DNA of 39,320 nt, from the sequence record SRR20825006_2439. One strand, written 5' to 3'. Below are positions 8,956 through 19,654 of this stretch, piece by piece (the first letter of the stretch is position 1; each line of letters begins with the position of its first letter). The notes below the pieces were generated by a model. It had not been told where the DNA came from, searched no databases, and saw nothing but the letters and a program-made list of their open reading frames with translations. The translations under genes and the position numbers were made by a program.

Positions 8956-9726
8956 TTACATGGCCGAGATGCCACCATCCACTTTCAGCTCGATTCCGGT
9001 GACGAGCTTCGACTCATCCGATGCGAGATAGAGCACCGCATAGGCGATATCGTCCGGCTCACCGACCTTGCCGAGCGGGATCTGGCGACCGAGCTTGGCG
9101 AGCGCTTCTTCCTCGCCGAACATTTCCTTCGTCCGGTCCAGGATCGGCGTATTGATGAAGACCGGATGCACCGAGTTACAGCGAATCTGGCCGCCCTTGG
9201 CGCAATGCAACGCGATGGATTTCGAGATATGCCGCACGGCCGCCTTGGCGGTGTTGTAGGAGACGTAGTTCGCACTCGCGATGATACCGGCAATGGACGA
9301 GATGTTGATGATCGAACCAAGCCCGTGCGCGCGCATCAGCGGAATGGCGTACTTGCAGCCGAGAAAAATGGAATCGACATCGACGGTCTGCACCTTCTTG
9401 AACATGTCGTAGTTTTCGTCTTCGACCGAGCCGAGCGAACCGATGCCGGCATTGTTGACCAGCACGTTCAGGCCGCCCATCGCATCATGCGCCGCTTGCA
9501 GCACTTCCTGCCATTGCGCCTCATTGGTCACGTCATGCTGCCAGGCAAAGGCCGTGCCTGCGCCATGTTCGTCATTGATCGAGGCGGCGACAGCTTCGGC
9601 CCCTGCCCCGTTCACATCCGTGACGGTCACCTTGGCGCCTTCGCGAGCCATCATGCGAGCCGTTGCCTCGCCCAGCCCCTGCGCACCGCCGGTGATAAAT
9701 GCCTTCTTGCCCTGTACGCGACCCAT
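8956..9726 (-). CDS. Short-chain dehydrogenase/reductase (hydroxysteroid/cyclopentanol dehydrogenase-like)
   Basis: TGGAQGLG, NNAG, catalytic YNTAK, C-terminal VDGG. ATG 9726 follows GGAGGAG. Confidence 0.9.
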   Translation of the reverse strand: MGRVQGKKAFITGGAQGLGEATARMMAREGAKVTVTDVNGAGAEAVAASINDEHGAGTAFAWQHDVTNEAQWQEVLQAAHDAMGGLNVLVNNAGIGSLGSVEDENYDMFKKVQTVDVDSIFLGCKYAIPLMRAHGLGSIINISSIAGIIASANYVSYNTAKAAVRHISKSIALHCAKGGQIRCNSVHPVFINTPILDRTKEMFGEEEALAKLGRQIPLGKVGEPDDIAYAVLYLASDESKLVTGIELKVDGGISAM

Positions 9727-9825
9727 GCCTGTCTCCTCCACTGTTTCAGGTTTTCCTACCCGTAACAGTGCACTCGAAACCGGGCCAGCTTGACCTTGGG
9801 AGAAGCGACAGTCCTGCCAGGAGGA

Positions 9826-10119
9826 TCAGGAAAGTTTCGCGGCCAGTTCGTCCATGAACCGGGCCAGTTCAACGTCCTTTTCAGACACACCGTCCACATC
9901 ATGCGTCGTCAGCGTAACCTCGACCTTGTTGTAGACATTGAACCATTCAGGATGATGGTCCATTTGCTCGGCTTTCAGTGCGACAGCCGACATGAAGCTC
10001 CAGGCCGTCTTGAAATCGGCCAGCCTGAACGTCTTCTCGATCGTATCGCGATCGCCGGCACCTTTTGCCCAGCCGTCCAGTTTTGAGAGCGCCGCATCTG
10101 CGCCAATCCTGTCTGTCAT
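9826..10119 (-). CDS. phhB: 4a-hydroxytetrahydrobiopterin dehydratase
   Basis: [17 protein letters not shown]...TTHDVDG signature. Confidence 0.95.
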   Translation of the reverse strand: MTDRIGADAALSKLDGWAKGAGDRDTIEKTFRLADFKTAWSFMSAVALKAEQMDHHPEWFNVYNKVEVTLTTHDVDGVSEKDVELARFMDELAAKLS

Positions 10120-10122
10120 AGC

Positions 10123-10707
10123 TCAGTCCTCTGCATCCTGACCGAGTACATAATAGACCCATCGGCCATTGCCCGCGATGGCGGTGCGCATGCCAGGATA
10201 GCCTTCGCCCTGCCGTATCCGTTCAATTCCCTCTTCGCCAATCAGTTCCATGAGGCGTCGCCGGTCCTGGAAGGACAGTTTTTCCGGGATCAGGTCCTCA
10301 GCGTCACGCGCGGCAAGGTCTGGCCAGACATACCAGACTTCGCCATCAATCTCGCGCATGCCGGGAGGCAGTTCGAACAATTTGCGCAAGCTGCGGTTCG
10401 GATCGGCGCCAATCCGGCGCATCAGATCCCAATACTGCCGGTGCGGCGTACCGCCCAGATTGGAGACAAAGCCGTCATTCGCATTGGCCACCCGCGACAA
10501 ACGGCTGAGCGATCCGGCTTTCGCATGCGACAATAGCTGGTCCCGCATCGCCTCTGCTTCTTCAGTCAGCACGACCGGCTCAGGCACCTGTGGCGGCTGC
10601 ATCAGGGATTCATCCGGCACCAATGGCCGTTCCGGCTCGGCCGCAGGCGAGCACGCCGCCAGGAGCGCGGCCCCCAGCGCGCCGACGAGGGCGCTAGCCC
10701 AGTTCAT
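10123..10707 (-). CDS. Hypothetical lipoprotein
   Basis: ATG 10707 gives MNWASALVGALGAALLAAC (lipobox); overlaps the upstream HAD stop, so it is operonic. Confidence 0.75.
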   Translation of the reverse strand: MNWASALVGALGAALLAACSPAAEPERPLVPDESLMQPPQVPEPVVLTEEAEAMRDQLLSHAKAGSLSRLSRVANANDGFVSNLGGTPHRQYWDLMRRIGADPNRSLRKLFELPPGMREIDGEVWYVWPDLAARDAEDLIPEKLSFQDRRRLMELIGEEGIERIRQGEGYPGMRTAIAGNGRWVYYVLGQDAED

Positions 10708-11344
10708 ACCCGGTCGCCGCCTGAAGGTCCGACAGCAATTGGTCTTCATTGAGCACCTTGATCGTTGTCATGCCCATATCGCGGGCCGGTTTCAGATTAT
10801 GCCCGAGATCATCCAGATAGACACAGCTTGCCGGATCAACATCGAGCGTCTCGCACATCAGAGCATAGATTCGCGGATCGGGCTTGCGAATGCCGAGCTT
10901 GGAGCTTTCGATCACATGGTCGAACATGTCGAAGACCTTGGCCACGTCGCGTGCTTTTGCCTCGTCATTGGTCATCGAGGCGCCTTTGCCGACCGGCGCA
11001 TTATTGGTGATGCAGCCAACCTTGCCCTTGGTCTTGCAGACGCTCAGCGCCTTGACCACGCGTGGCCGCAGCGAGCCGGACAATAGCGCCAGCACTTCCC
11101 CGCCGGGCACTTCATGCCCCATCGCCTTTGATTCCTCGCGGAACATGCCGTCGAACTCTGCCGCCGTGACGAGGCTCTGCTCGAGCTTGGCCCAGGCATT
11201 GTCCAGCGGATTGGTCGCATTGACCGTGCGGATGAAATCCTTTGGCAGGCCATGCGCGGCCTCGTAACGGGTGAAGGCGTCGAAGGGAGAGGTCGTGAAT
11301 ACGCCCCCGAAATCCCAGATTACAGCTTGGAATGTCTTTGTCAT
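10694..11344 (-). CDS. HAD-IA family hydrolase (epoxide hydrolase N-terminal phosphatase-like)
   Basis: VIWDFGGV motif I, TNN motif II, RKPDPRIY and YLDD motifs III/IV. Confidence 0.9.
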   Translation of the reverse strand: MTKTFQAVIWDFGGVFTTSPFDAFTRYEAAHGLPKDFIRTVNATNPLDNAWAKLEQSLVTAAEFDGMFREESKAMGHEVPGGEVLALLSGSLRPRVVKALSVCKTKGKVGCITNNAPVGKGASMTNDEAKARDVAKVFDMFDHVIESSKLGIRKPDPRIYALMCETLDVDPASCVYLDDLGHNLKPARDMGMTTIKVLNEDQLLSDLQAATGYELG

Positions 11345-11446
11345 GCCAGCACCTCTACCCGCACCAGCGACGATTTCAAACCTTGAACATTACGGGCCGA
11401 GTTCTAGTGTGGCGGCGACTGCAACATATAAAGGGAGTTTCGTCTG

Positions 11447-12364
11447 ATGGGCGTTCTGGAAGGCAAAGTGGTCCTCGTGACCGGCGGTGGTAATGGCATC
11501 GGCAAGGAAACCGCGCTGCTGGCGGCGCGCGAGGGCGCAAAAGTGGTCGTCAACGATCTGGGCGGCAGCCTGACCGGCGCCGATGAAGGCAGTGCAGGCC
11601 CGGCCGAAACCGTGGCTCAGGAAATCCGCAAGGCGGGCGGCGAGGCTGTCTCGAACTCGGAAAGCGTGACCGACATGAAAGCGGTCCAAGGCATGATCGA
11701 ACAGGCCAAGGACGAGTTTGGCGCCCTGCACTCGATCATCAACCCGGCCGGCATCTTGCGGGACGGCATGTTCCACAAGATGAGCGAAGATGATTGGGAC
11801 AGCGTCATCGACGTGCACCTGCGGGGCAGCTTCAACGTCACCCGCGCGGCCATCGAACTGTTCCGCGAAAAGGAAGACGGCAATTTCGTCCTCTTCACCT
11901 CCACATCCGGCCTGATCGGCAATATCGGCCAGGCGAACTATGCCGCCGCCAAGATGGGCATTGTCGGCCTGTCGCGCATCGTCGCCATGGAAGGCGCGCG
12001 CAAGAATGTCCGCTCCAATGTCATCGCGCCATTTGCCTGGACGCGCATGATCGCCTCCATCCCGGTCAAGGACGAAGCCGGCGCAGAGCGTGTCGAGCGG
12101 ATGCGCCAGGGCATGCGGGCCGACCAGGTGGCACAGCTCGCCGTCGCCCTCTGCGCCGACAAGGCCAATGACGTGTCCGGACAGATTTTTGCCGTGCGCG
12201 GCAATGAAGTCGTGCTGTTCGACCAGCCGCGTCCGGTCAAGTCGCTGGCGCGTATGGAGGGCTGGACGCCGGAAAGCCTGCTCGAACAGGCCATGCCCGC
12301 CATGAAAGCCAACTTCTTCGACATGGGCGCCTCGGCCAGTGTCTTCCCCTACGACCCAGTCTAG
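11447..12364 (+). CDS. SDR oxidoreductase (3-hydroxyacyl-CoA dehydrogenase/MFE-2-like)
   Basis: TGGGNGIG, VVVNDLG, AGILRD, GQANYAAAKMG. Confidence 0.9.
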   Translation: MGVLEGKVVLVTGGGNGIGKETALLAAREGAKVVVNDLGGSLTGADEGSAGPAETVAQEIRKAGGEAVSNSESVTDMKAVQGMIEQAKDEFGALHSIINPAGILRDGMFHKMSEDDWDSVIDVHLRGSFNVTRAAIELFREKEDGNFVLFTSTSGLIGNIGQANYAAAKMGIVGLSRIVAMEGARKNVRSNVIAPFAWTRMIASIPVKDEAGAERVERMRQGMRADQVAQLAVALCADKANDVSGQIFAVRGNEVVLFDQPRPVKSLARMEGWTPESLLEQAMPAMKANFFDMGASASVFPYDPV

Positions 12365-12375
12365 GCGGATAGCGC

Positions 12376-13944
12376 TTGGCGGAAGATGGCGTCACCTACC
12401 AGAAATGCATCACCGGCGGTGATGGGGAAACCTATTGCCGTCCGGTGGATGCGACGGAAGCGACCGGACAAGCCACTCCGCCATCGGAGGATATCCTTCC
12501 GCCGGTAGAAGACGTCATTAATCCGCTACTCAAATGGATAGAGCCTGCTCGACCCTTTCTCGACGACCCAGCCGGCTGGCTTCAGACAAAGGCGCAACAG
12601 CCTGAATTTCTCTATCCCATCCTGATCCAGCTCGGCTGTATTATCCTGGCGCTCGCGCTGGGCGCCCTGCTCACCCCACCCTTCAAGCGCCTGATCACGG
12701 TCACGCTGCGACGCTTTGTCGAGCCGCCCCGCCGCGAAGGACTGGACGTCTTGCACAAGGCGGTTCGTCCGGCGCTCTGGTCCATCCTTCTGGGGCTTGC
12801 GGTCTCATTGCTCAGCTCCATTGACCACTCGCTGATCCTGGTTCGGACAGCCTTGTCACTCGCGATTGCCTGGCTTGCCATCCGCGTGACCATGACCTTC
12901 CTGCCGGAAGAATTGCGCGGTCTTGCATCATTCCTGACATGGACGTTCGCGATATTCTTCGCCCTCGGCGTCCTGCCGGATGTCATGAACTGGCTTTCGA
13001 GTATTGGTCCATCCTTCGGGAATCGGCGGATCAGCCCGGTCTTCATCTTCCAGGCCATCCTGACCGCTGCCGTCTTGCTGTTCATCGCCAACCGAGCCGC
13101 GAAATCCATGAAGCGGCGGGTCAACCATATTCCCAAAGTCGAGCCCTCGATCCGTATCCTGATCGGCAATGCCATCCAGATTGTCTTCATTGTGGCGGCT
13201 GCCCTGCTCACCCTCGCAGGGCTCGGCATTCCGCTCGGCGCGCTAACGGTCATCTCCGGTGCCATCGGCCTTGGCTTTGCCTTTGGTATGCAGAAAGTTG
13301 TCTCGAACTTTGTCTCCGGCATCGTCCTGCTCTCGGAGCGCTCGATCAAGCCGCAGGACGTAATCGAGGTCGGCGAGACGTTCGGCGTCGTGGAATCCCT
13401 CGGCCTGCGCTACACGTCGATCACGACGCAGGAAGGCAAGGAATTCCTGATCCCGAACGAAAAGCTGATGACCGATACGGTGATCAATTGGAGCTTTTCC
13501 AACAAGCGCGTGCGCATCCACAAGGAGTTGCGCATCGACTATACGTCCGACCTGGAAGAGGCGATTGCCATCGTCATCGCCGCCGCCAAGGCGACCGAGC
13601 GCGTGATCAGCTGGCCGCAACCCGTCTGCCTGGTCAAAGACTTCACCGATGAGTGCATTGTTCTGGAGATGCGCTTCTGGATCATCGACCCGGAAAATGG
13701 CACGGCCAATGTCGGCTCCAACATCCTGCGCGAAGTCTGGAAACGCTTCACCGAGAATGGCATGTCCGTGCCGCTGCGCCGCAAGGAGCTGTTCATCGAA
13801 CCGGACTCCGCGCTCAAGGTCGAGATATCCCGCCCAAAGCGTACACCTGATCCGGCCCCCGCACCGGAACCGGAGGAAAATGAGCCGGAGCCGGACAGTG
13901 TGAAACAGGATGAAACAAAAGCGCGACCGCCGGAAGCCGATTAA
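12376..13944 (+). CDS. MscS-family mechanosensitive ion channel
   Basis: Multiple TMs then the MscS core GAIGLGFAFGMQKVVSNFVSGI, IPNEKL, VINWS; TTG start uncertain. Confidence 0.9.
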   Translation: MAEDGVTYQKCITGGDGETYCRPVDATEATGQATPPSEDILPPVEDVINPLLKWIEPARPFLDDPAGWLQTKAQQPEFLYPILIQLGCIILALALGALLTPPFKRLITVTLRRFVEPPRREGLDVLHKAVRPALWSILLGLAVSLLSSIDHSLILVRTALSLAIAWLAIRVTMTFLPEELRGLASFLTWTFAIFFALGVLPDVMNWLSSIGPSFGNRRISPVFIFQAILTAAVLLFIANRAAKSMKRRVNHIPKVEPSIRILIGNAIQIVFIVAAALLTLAGLGIPLGALTVISGAIGLGFAFGMQKVVSNFVSGIVLLSERSIKPQDVIEVGETFGVVESLGLRYTSITTQEGKEFLIPNEKLMTDTVINWSFSNKRVRIHKELRIDYTSDLEEAIAIVIAAAKATERVISWPQPVCLVKDFTDECIVLEMRFWIIDPENGTANVGSNILREVWKRFTENGMSVPLRRKELFIEPDSALKVEISRPKRTPDPAPAPEPEENEPEPDSVKQDETKARPPEAD

Positions 13945-13953
13945 GACGGCGCG

Positions 13954-14985
13954 CTACTCGGGGGAGTCCTCACTGGCCGGGTCTTCAACCGGCTCCAGAG
14001 ACCGCGGACGCAGATCGGTCGGCCCGCCATCCCGCGCTTCCGACTGGCTCGCTGCGGCTTCAGGTTCCAGCGGCTCAGGCGCTTCCTCGATGGGTTCAGG
14101 GGATTGCCCGGCCTCGCCAAACCGTTCCTGCGCGCCTTCCAAAAACGCATCGAACTCGTCATCTTCTGGCACGGTCTGCACCTCTTCAGGCTCGATTGCC
14201 TCGGGCCCGGTCTCCGGTTCAGGTGGCAGGTCCGGCAAACGATCAGGCTGCGGGGCCGGCTGGCCCTGTTGCGGCTGCGGGCGTGCCGGAGGCGGCGTAT
14301 CGCCCAGCACACAGGCCGCCAAGCCCTGGCTATGCACCACCCGCATGCGCGCCTGCAGCGTGCCGGCGCGTGTGTTGACATATGGCCCCGGCGGATCGAC
14401 GCGCCATTTGTTCGGGCTCGGCAGAACGGCGGCCAGCAGTGCGGCCTCGCGCTCGCTCAGGTCTGCCGCGGACTTGCCGAACCGCGCCTGCGCGGCGGCC
14501 TCTGCGCCGAACAGGCCATCGCCCCATTCGGCGACATTCAGATAGGCTTCCATGACCCGGGCCTTGCCCCAGAACTTGTCGATGAACACTCCCATCCACA
14601 TGTCGCCCAGCTTGCGCGGCACACCGCCCCCATTCCAGAGGAAGACATTCTTGGCGGTCTGCTGTGTGATCGTGGAGGCGCCGCGCGTGCGCTTGCCCTG
14701 ACGGCGTTCATCCAGCGCCTTTTCAATCGCGGCACGGTCAATTCCATTATGCTCGCAGAAGCGGGAATCCTCCGCCGCGATGACCGCGCGCACAAGGTGA
14801 GGCGAAATCTCGGACAAGGGCACCGTGTCGCGCCGTACCGTCTCGCCACCTGCCGCGCGCTGCACCATCAGCACCGTGCCCGGAATGGGCAGCCAGATCA
14901 GCGCCAGCGCATAAAGGTGAAACGCCACAAACAGGCCCGCCAGAATGCGCACCGCCCATGTCAGGAAGGTCCAGAAACCGCTCAT
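13954..14985 (-). CDS. mtgA: Monofunctional peptidoglycan transglycosylase with acidic Pro-rich C-terminal tail
   Basis: AAEDSRFCEHNG, GASTITQQTAKNVFLW, YLNVAEWG, LPSP. ATG 14985 overlaps the queG TGA. Confidence 0.93.
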   Translation of the reverse strand: MSGFWTFLTWAVRILAGLFVAFHLYALALIWLPIPGTVLMVQRAAGGETVRRDTVPLSEISPHLVRAVIAAEDSRFCEHNGIDRAAIEKALDERRQGKRTRGASTITQQTAKNVFLWNGGGVPRKLGDMWMGVFIDKFWGKARVMEAYLNVAEWGDGLFGAEAAAQARFGKSAADLSEREAALLAAVLPSPNKWRVDPPGPYVNTRAGTLQARMRVVHSQGLAACVLGDTPPPARPQPQQGQPAPQPDRLPDLPPEPETGPEAIEPEEVQTVPEDDEFDAFLEGAQERFGEAGQSPEPIEEAPEPLEPEAAASQSEARDGGPTDLRPRSLEPVEDPASEDSPE

Positions 14986-16097
14986 CACTCTGTCATCCAT
15001 TCCGCCAGAACGCCCGGATCCGTTTCCGGCTCCATCCGGACGGCCTTTTCCGTCGCAAATCGGGCACGATCAAGGCGGGCGAGCGCCCAGATAGCAGACC
15101 CACGTACCACCGACGCCGGATCATCCAGCAGCGGCAGCAGGCTGGCGACCAGCGCCCCCTCCCCTGAATTGCCGATGGCGATACAGACATTGCGCACGAA
15201 CCGGTCCCGCCCGATCCGCTTGATGGGCGAACCGGAGAACACTTCCCGAAATGTGGCATCGTTCAGCGCGGCAAGTTCATCCAGCCCCGGCGCCTTGAGT
15301 TCGGGCCGTGCATGGAAGGCGATCTCGCTGGCGGCTTCGGCAAACTTGTTCCACGGACAGATGGCAAGGCAATCATCACACCCATAGATGCGGTTGCCCA
15401 TCGCCGCGCGAAACTCTGCCGGGATTGGCCCGGCATGCTCGATGGTAAGATAGGAAATGCAGCGCCGCGCATCGAGTTGATAGGGCGCGGGAAACGCATT
15501 GGTCGGGCAGATGTCCTGACAGGCGCGGCACGAACCGCAATGATCCGCCTCCGGTTGATCAGGTTCCAGTTCCGCGGCGGTCAGCATCACACCCAGGAAA
15601 AACCAAGACCCCAGTTCGCGGCTGACCAGATTGGTGTGCTTGCCCTGCCAGCCGAGCCCGGCCTTTTCGGCCAGCGGCTTTTCCATCAGAGGCGCGGTAT
15701 CGACAAAGACTTTCACCTCAGCGCCGGTCTCGGCCACGAACTCCCGGGCGAGCTGTTTCAGCCGCTTCTTCAACGTGTCGTGATAGTCCCTCCCCCGTGC
15801 GTAGACGGAGATGTTACCAAGCGCCTTCTGTTCCAGAGTGTGGAGCGGATCATGGTCCGGGCCGTAATTGAGCGCGACGACGACGGCAGATTTGGCATCC
15901 GGCCACATCGCAGTCGGCGCCTTGCGCCGCTCCAGCGTCGTCTCCATCCAGTCCATGCTGCCATGATGGCCAGCTTCTACGAATGCTTCCAGCCGGTCGC
16001 CTGCGTCCCACGCCTCATCCGCCCGCGCTATCGCCACGTCATCAAAGCCAAGCGACCGGGCGAGGTGCTTGACGCGGATGTGGAGGGGATCAGGCAA
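14985..16097 (-). CDS. queG: tRNA epoxyqueuosine reductase
   Basis: [17 protein letters not shown], two Fe-S motifs ([16 protein letters not shown]...[12 protein letters not shown]). Confidence 0.96.
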   Translation of the reverse strand: MPDPLHIRVKHLARSLGFDDVAIARADEAWDAGDRLEAFVEAGHHGSMDWMETTLERRKAPTAMWPDAKSAVVVALNYGPDHDPLHTLEQKALGNISVYARGRDYHDTLKKRLKQLAREFVAETGAEVKVFVDTAPLMEKPLAEKAGLGWQGKHTNLVSRELGSWFFLGVMLTAAELEPDQPEADHCGSCRACQDICPTNAFPAPYQLDARRCISYLTIEHAGPIPAEFRAAMGNRIYGCDDCLAICPWNKFAEAASEIAFHARPELKAPGLDELAALNDATFREVFSGSPIKRIGRDRFVRNVCIAIGNSGEGALVASLLPLLDDPASVVRGSAIWALARLDRARFATEKAVRMEPETDPGVLAEWMTE

Positions 16098-16100
16098 GGT

Positions 16101-16775
16101 CTAGAAATCCAAATCGGTATAGTGCGCTACGGGCCGCACCGCCTGCAACCGGTCGGCCAGCAAGGGCCTGAAGCTCGGACGCGACTTGATCCGGGCATAC
16201 CAGTCTTTCAGCTCCGGCACAGCATTCCATTCGACATCGCCGAAATAGTCATAGGCAGACAAGTGCGCCGCTGCAGCCAGATCGGCCAGGGTGAGCTCCC
16301 GGCAGGCAAGATAGCCATTCAGCTCCAGCAGGCCATTCAGGAAGGTCAGACGTCCGCGCAGCGCATGCGCCCCCCGGCGCAAACGCGCTGAATCCGGGTG
16401 CCGATCGCGGCGCACCCATTGCATCACGCGCTCGGTCAGCAGTGTATCGGTAACCTCTTCACACGCAGCTTCAATCCAGGCCCACAGGCGTCGGACTTCA
16501 GCGCGCGCCGCCGGATCTGATGGCAACAGGCCCCGTCCGCTGGAGGTCTCTTCAAGATACTCGCATATGGCGCGCGTGCCGCAGGCAAACATGCGCGGCT
16601 CGCTGTCGATCTCAACCAAAGCGGGCGCAACAGCCCCATGTGCGAGGCGGGGCACGTCCGGATGAGCTGACCAGGGCGGCGATTCCAACGCCTCGAATCC
16701 CTCGTCTTTCTCGCCCAAGGCGAGGCGGACCAGCCGTCCGGCCGGATCAAGAGGCCAATGGTAGAGCCGTTTCAT
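16101..16775 (-). CDS. fzlA: GST-family protein, FtsZ-binding FzlA ortholog candidate
   Basis: GST fold, KSRPSFRPLL, and a C-terminal HYTDLDF tail like Caulobacter FzlA; adjacent to queG. Confidence 0.75.
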   Translation of the reverse strand: MKRLYHWPLDPAGRLVRLALGEKDEGFEALESPPWSAHPDVPRLAHGAVAPALVEIDSEPRMFACGTRAICEYLEETSSGRGLLPSDPAARAEVRRLWAWIEAACEEVTDTLLTERVMQWVRRDRHPDSARLRRGAHALRGRLTFLNGLLELNGYLACRELTLADLAAAAHLSAYDYFGDVEWNAVPELKDWYARIKSRPSFRPLLADRLQAVRPVAHYTDLDF

Positions 16776-16799
16776 GGGTTCAACTTCTCATGGCATCAC

Positions 16800-16814
16800 T
16801 GAAAGGGGTGTTAA
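16800..16814. promoter_or_regulatory. CtrA-like box upstream of fzlA
   Basis: TGAA-AGGGGTG-TTAA has one mismatch to TTAA-N7-TTAA and lies 25 bp upstream of the fzlA ATG. Confidence 0.45.
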
Positions 16815-16899
16815 ATTCAGCTGCATCTGATCGCTTTTGCTGGGCCGTATCCTATGTTTTTTGGCTTCAAACTGTTTCCACCGTTACAGGACCACATTC

Positions 16900-19623
16900 A
16901 TGCACGATTTCCGGTTTCGCGCTGCCTTGGCGGGCGCGGTCTCTCTCCTTGCACTTCACGCCTGCGGAAATGCGAATTCCGCTTCTGAGGCAAGCCTCGG
17001 TTCGCAGACCCAGCCTGTCCAGATTCAAGTACCGCCCGCAGGGCAGTTGCCGACGGATGTTACACCGCTGGCCTACCGGCTGGAGCTGAAAACTGATCCA
17101 GATGCCGACAGTTTCTCGGGTAATGTAGCCATTGATGTGGCCCTGACAGCGCCGCATGCGCGCATCTGGTTGCATTCGGTGGATCAGACGGTGCTGTCGA
17201 CCAAGGCCGTGCTGGACGATGGAACACATATCCCGGCAACTTTTACTGGCAATCAGGCACCGGGCGGAGTTTCAAGGCTCGACTTCGACTCGCCGATCCC
17301 GGCGGGCACGGCCACGCTCGAAATCAGCTATACAGCGCCCTACAATATGGGCCTTGCCGGTCTCTACAAGGCGGTTCAATCCGATACGGACTATCTTGCC
17401 ACCCAGATGGAAGCGATTGATGCGCGCCGGATGGTGCCCTCATTTGACGAACCGCGCTTCAAGACACCGTGGAGCGTGACCGTCACCGCGCCAGAAGGCA
17501 TGCAGGTCGTCTCCAATGGCGAGGAAATCAGCGCCGAACCGGCCGAAGACGGTTGGACCCGGCATGTCTTTGCCGAAACTCGCCCGATCCAGTCCTATCT
17601 GGTCGCCCTCGCAGTCGGCCCTTACGAGATGCGGCCCGCCCCGGCCATTCCGGCCAATGCCCTGCGCGAGGCGTCGGTGCCCCTGCGCGGCTTTGCTGCC
17701 CGCGGCAAGAGAGACCAGCTCAGCGAGGCACTCGACATCACTGACGAGATGTTGCTCTGGCAGGAGGACTATTTCGACTATTCGTACCCCTATGGAAAAC
17801 TGGACCTGATCGCCGCGCCGGAATTTGCCTATGGCGCGATGGAGAATGCCGGCGCAATCATCTATCGCGAAGCCGCCCTCCTGATGAACGAACAGACCAG
17901 CCTGTCACGCCGCCGCCGCATCCTGACGACACATGCCCACGAACTGGGCCATCAATGGTTCGGCAATCTCGTCACGCCGAAATGGTGGAACGATATCTGG
18001 CTGAACGAGGCCTTTGCGACCTGGATCAGCTACAAGACGATGGACGGGGTTGACCCGGACGGCGAGTGGGGCCTCAGCCCAATCCTGGCAGGGCTCAGCG
18101 CGATGGGGGCCGACAGTCTTCAATCGGCGCGCCAGATTCGCAATCCGATCAACACCAATGGCGATATTCTCGACGCGTTCGACTCCATTACCTATCGCAA
18201 AGGCGGCAGCGTGTTGAACATGTTCGAGACCTATCTGGGCGAAGAAGCCTTTCGCGAAGGTATCCGCTTGCACATGCGTCGCTTCGAGGATGGCGTCGCT
18301 GATGCCGACGATTTCATGCAGAGCCTCGCCGACGGGTCCGGCCAGCCGGATATTGTTGAAGCCTTCACCAGCTATATCAACCAGCCAGGCATCCCATCGC
18401 TGGATGTCGCCGTGTCCTGCCCTGCTCCAGATGCGGGCCTGATCACGGTCACTCAAAAGCGCTATGCGCCGCTTGGCTCTGATATTGATACCAATGCTCA
18501 GACCTGGAACGTGCCGTTTGCTGCGCGCCTGAAAGGGCCTGTGGGTGATCGCACGATCCGGCAGATGCTGACCGCACCGGTCACCGAGATTCCTCTGGAT
18601 GGCGATTGCCCCGACTGGGTGATGCCAAATGCCGGCGGCACGGGCTATTGGCGCTTCGATACGAATGCGGAAAACCTGACGGCGCTGATTTCCAACTTTG
18701 ACAGCTTGTCTGACGCCGAACAGATCATGTTTGCGGATGCACTGACCTCCGGTTTCCGTGCAGGGCGGATCAGCACCGATGACCTGATGGCTGGACTGGC
18801 CGCAACCTCAAGCGGTCATCCGCGTGCGGTTTCTGAAGGGTTCGGCATTATTGGCACGCTCGACCGCATGCTGGAGCCATCCGAGCAAGCGGGCCTTCGC
18901 GCGTGGGTCCAGCGCACCTATGGACCGTTGGCCGAATATCTGGAATCCCGTCCGGCCACGGCGCTGAGCCAGCAGGAGATGCTTTTGCGCGACAGGCTAT
19001 ATGGCTTGTTGCTGGAATATGGCGAGCGCCCCGCTGAGCGCCGCGCCCTGCTCGCCCGTGCCCGGCAGTATGTCGGACTCGAAGGCAGCCCGGACGCGAC
19101 GGCGCTTGCGCCGGAGGATCTCTCCACGGCCATGATCATCGGCATAGAGGATGGCGGCGCTGACTTCTATGAAGCTGCCAAGGCCTACGTCACCACTGCA
19201 ACCAATCAGAATGAACGCTCGACAATCCTGAGAGTATTGGCCAGTCGCGGAAGCAAGGATGTCGTGTCAGACCTGTTCTCGGCGGTTCTGAACGGCCCGA
19301 ACTCGACCGACGAAGTCTTTACGGTTGTCTATGGCGCCATGGCCAACCCGGCAGCACAAGACACCGCATGGGATTTGATAACCACAAACTTCGAGACGGT
19401 TGTGGAGCGCATGCCCGAAATCCGTCAGCCAAAGCTCGCGGGCCTGACGGGATATTTCTGCAGCGTCAGAAAGGCCGCAGAGGCGGAAGACTTCTTTCAA
19501 CAGAATGCGCAGCTGATCCCAGGCTATGAGCGATCCCTGGCCCAGGGCACGGAGAAGGCAACGCTCTGCAGCGCGCTAAGGGCTCAGAAAGCGTTGGATG
19601 TGAACAACTTCTTCCAACAGTAA
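16900..19623 (+). CDS. M1 family zinc aminopeptidase, lipoprotein
   Basis: GAMEN, HELGH-x18-E (WLNEAFA), YRKG motifs. Lipobox-like LLALHAC after ATG 16900. Confidence 0.93.
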   Translation: MHDFRFRAALAGAVSLLALHACGNANSASEASLGSQTQPVQIQVPPAGQLPTDVTPLAYRLELKTDPDADSFSGNVAIDVALTAPHARIWLHSVDQTVLSTKAVLDDGTHIPATFTGNQAPGGVSRLDFDSPIPAGTATLEISYTAPYNMGLAGLYKAVQSDTDYLATQMEAIDARRMVPSFDEPRFKTPWSVTVTAPEGMQVVSNGEEISAEPAEDGWTRHVFAETRPIQSYLVALAVGPYEMRPAPAIPANALREASVPLRGFAARGKRDQLSEALDITDEMLLWQEDYFDYSYPYGKLDLIAAPEFAYGAMENAGAIIYREAALLMNEQTSLSRRRRILTTHAHELGHQWFGNLVTPKWWNDIWLNEAFATWISYKTMDGVDPDGEWGLSPILAGLSAMGADSLQSARQIRNPINTNGDILDAFDSITYRKGGSVLNMFETYLGEEAFREGIRLHMRRFEDGVADADDFMQSLADGSGQPDIVEAFTSYINQPGIPSLDVAVSCPAPDAGLITVTQKRYAPLGSDIDTNAQTWNVPFAARLKGPVGDRTIRQMLTAPVTEIPLDGDCPDWVMPNAGGTGYWRFDTNAENLTALISNFDSLSDAEQIMFADALTSGFRAGRISTDDLMAGLAATSSGHPRAVSEGFGIIGTLDRMLEPSEQAGLRAWVQRTYGPLAEYLESRPATALSQQEMLLRDRLYGLLLEYGERPAERRALLARARQYVGLEGSPDATALAPEDLSTAMIIGIEDGGADFYEAAKAYVTTATNQNERSTILRVLASRGSKDVVSDLFSAVLNGPNSTDEVFTVVYGAMANPAAQDTAWDLITTNFETVVERMPEIRQPKLAGLTGYFCSVRKAAEAEDFFQQNAQLIPGYERSLAQGTEKATLCSALRAQKALDVNNFFQQ

Positions 19624-19635
19624 TCGGCCCGGCAC

Positions 19636-19654
19636 GGCCCGGATAACGGGCTTT
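19636..19654 (+). terminator. Short hairpin plus T-tract after the aminopeptidase gene
   Basis: GCCCG-GATAA-CGGGC followed by TTT. Confidence 0.4.

Noticed and set aside
14104-16391. Long plus-strand ORFs (427 aa, 359 aa)
   Set aside because: Antisense to mtgA, queG and fzlA; typical high-GC shadow frames.
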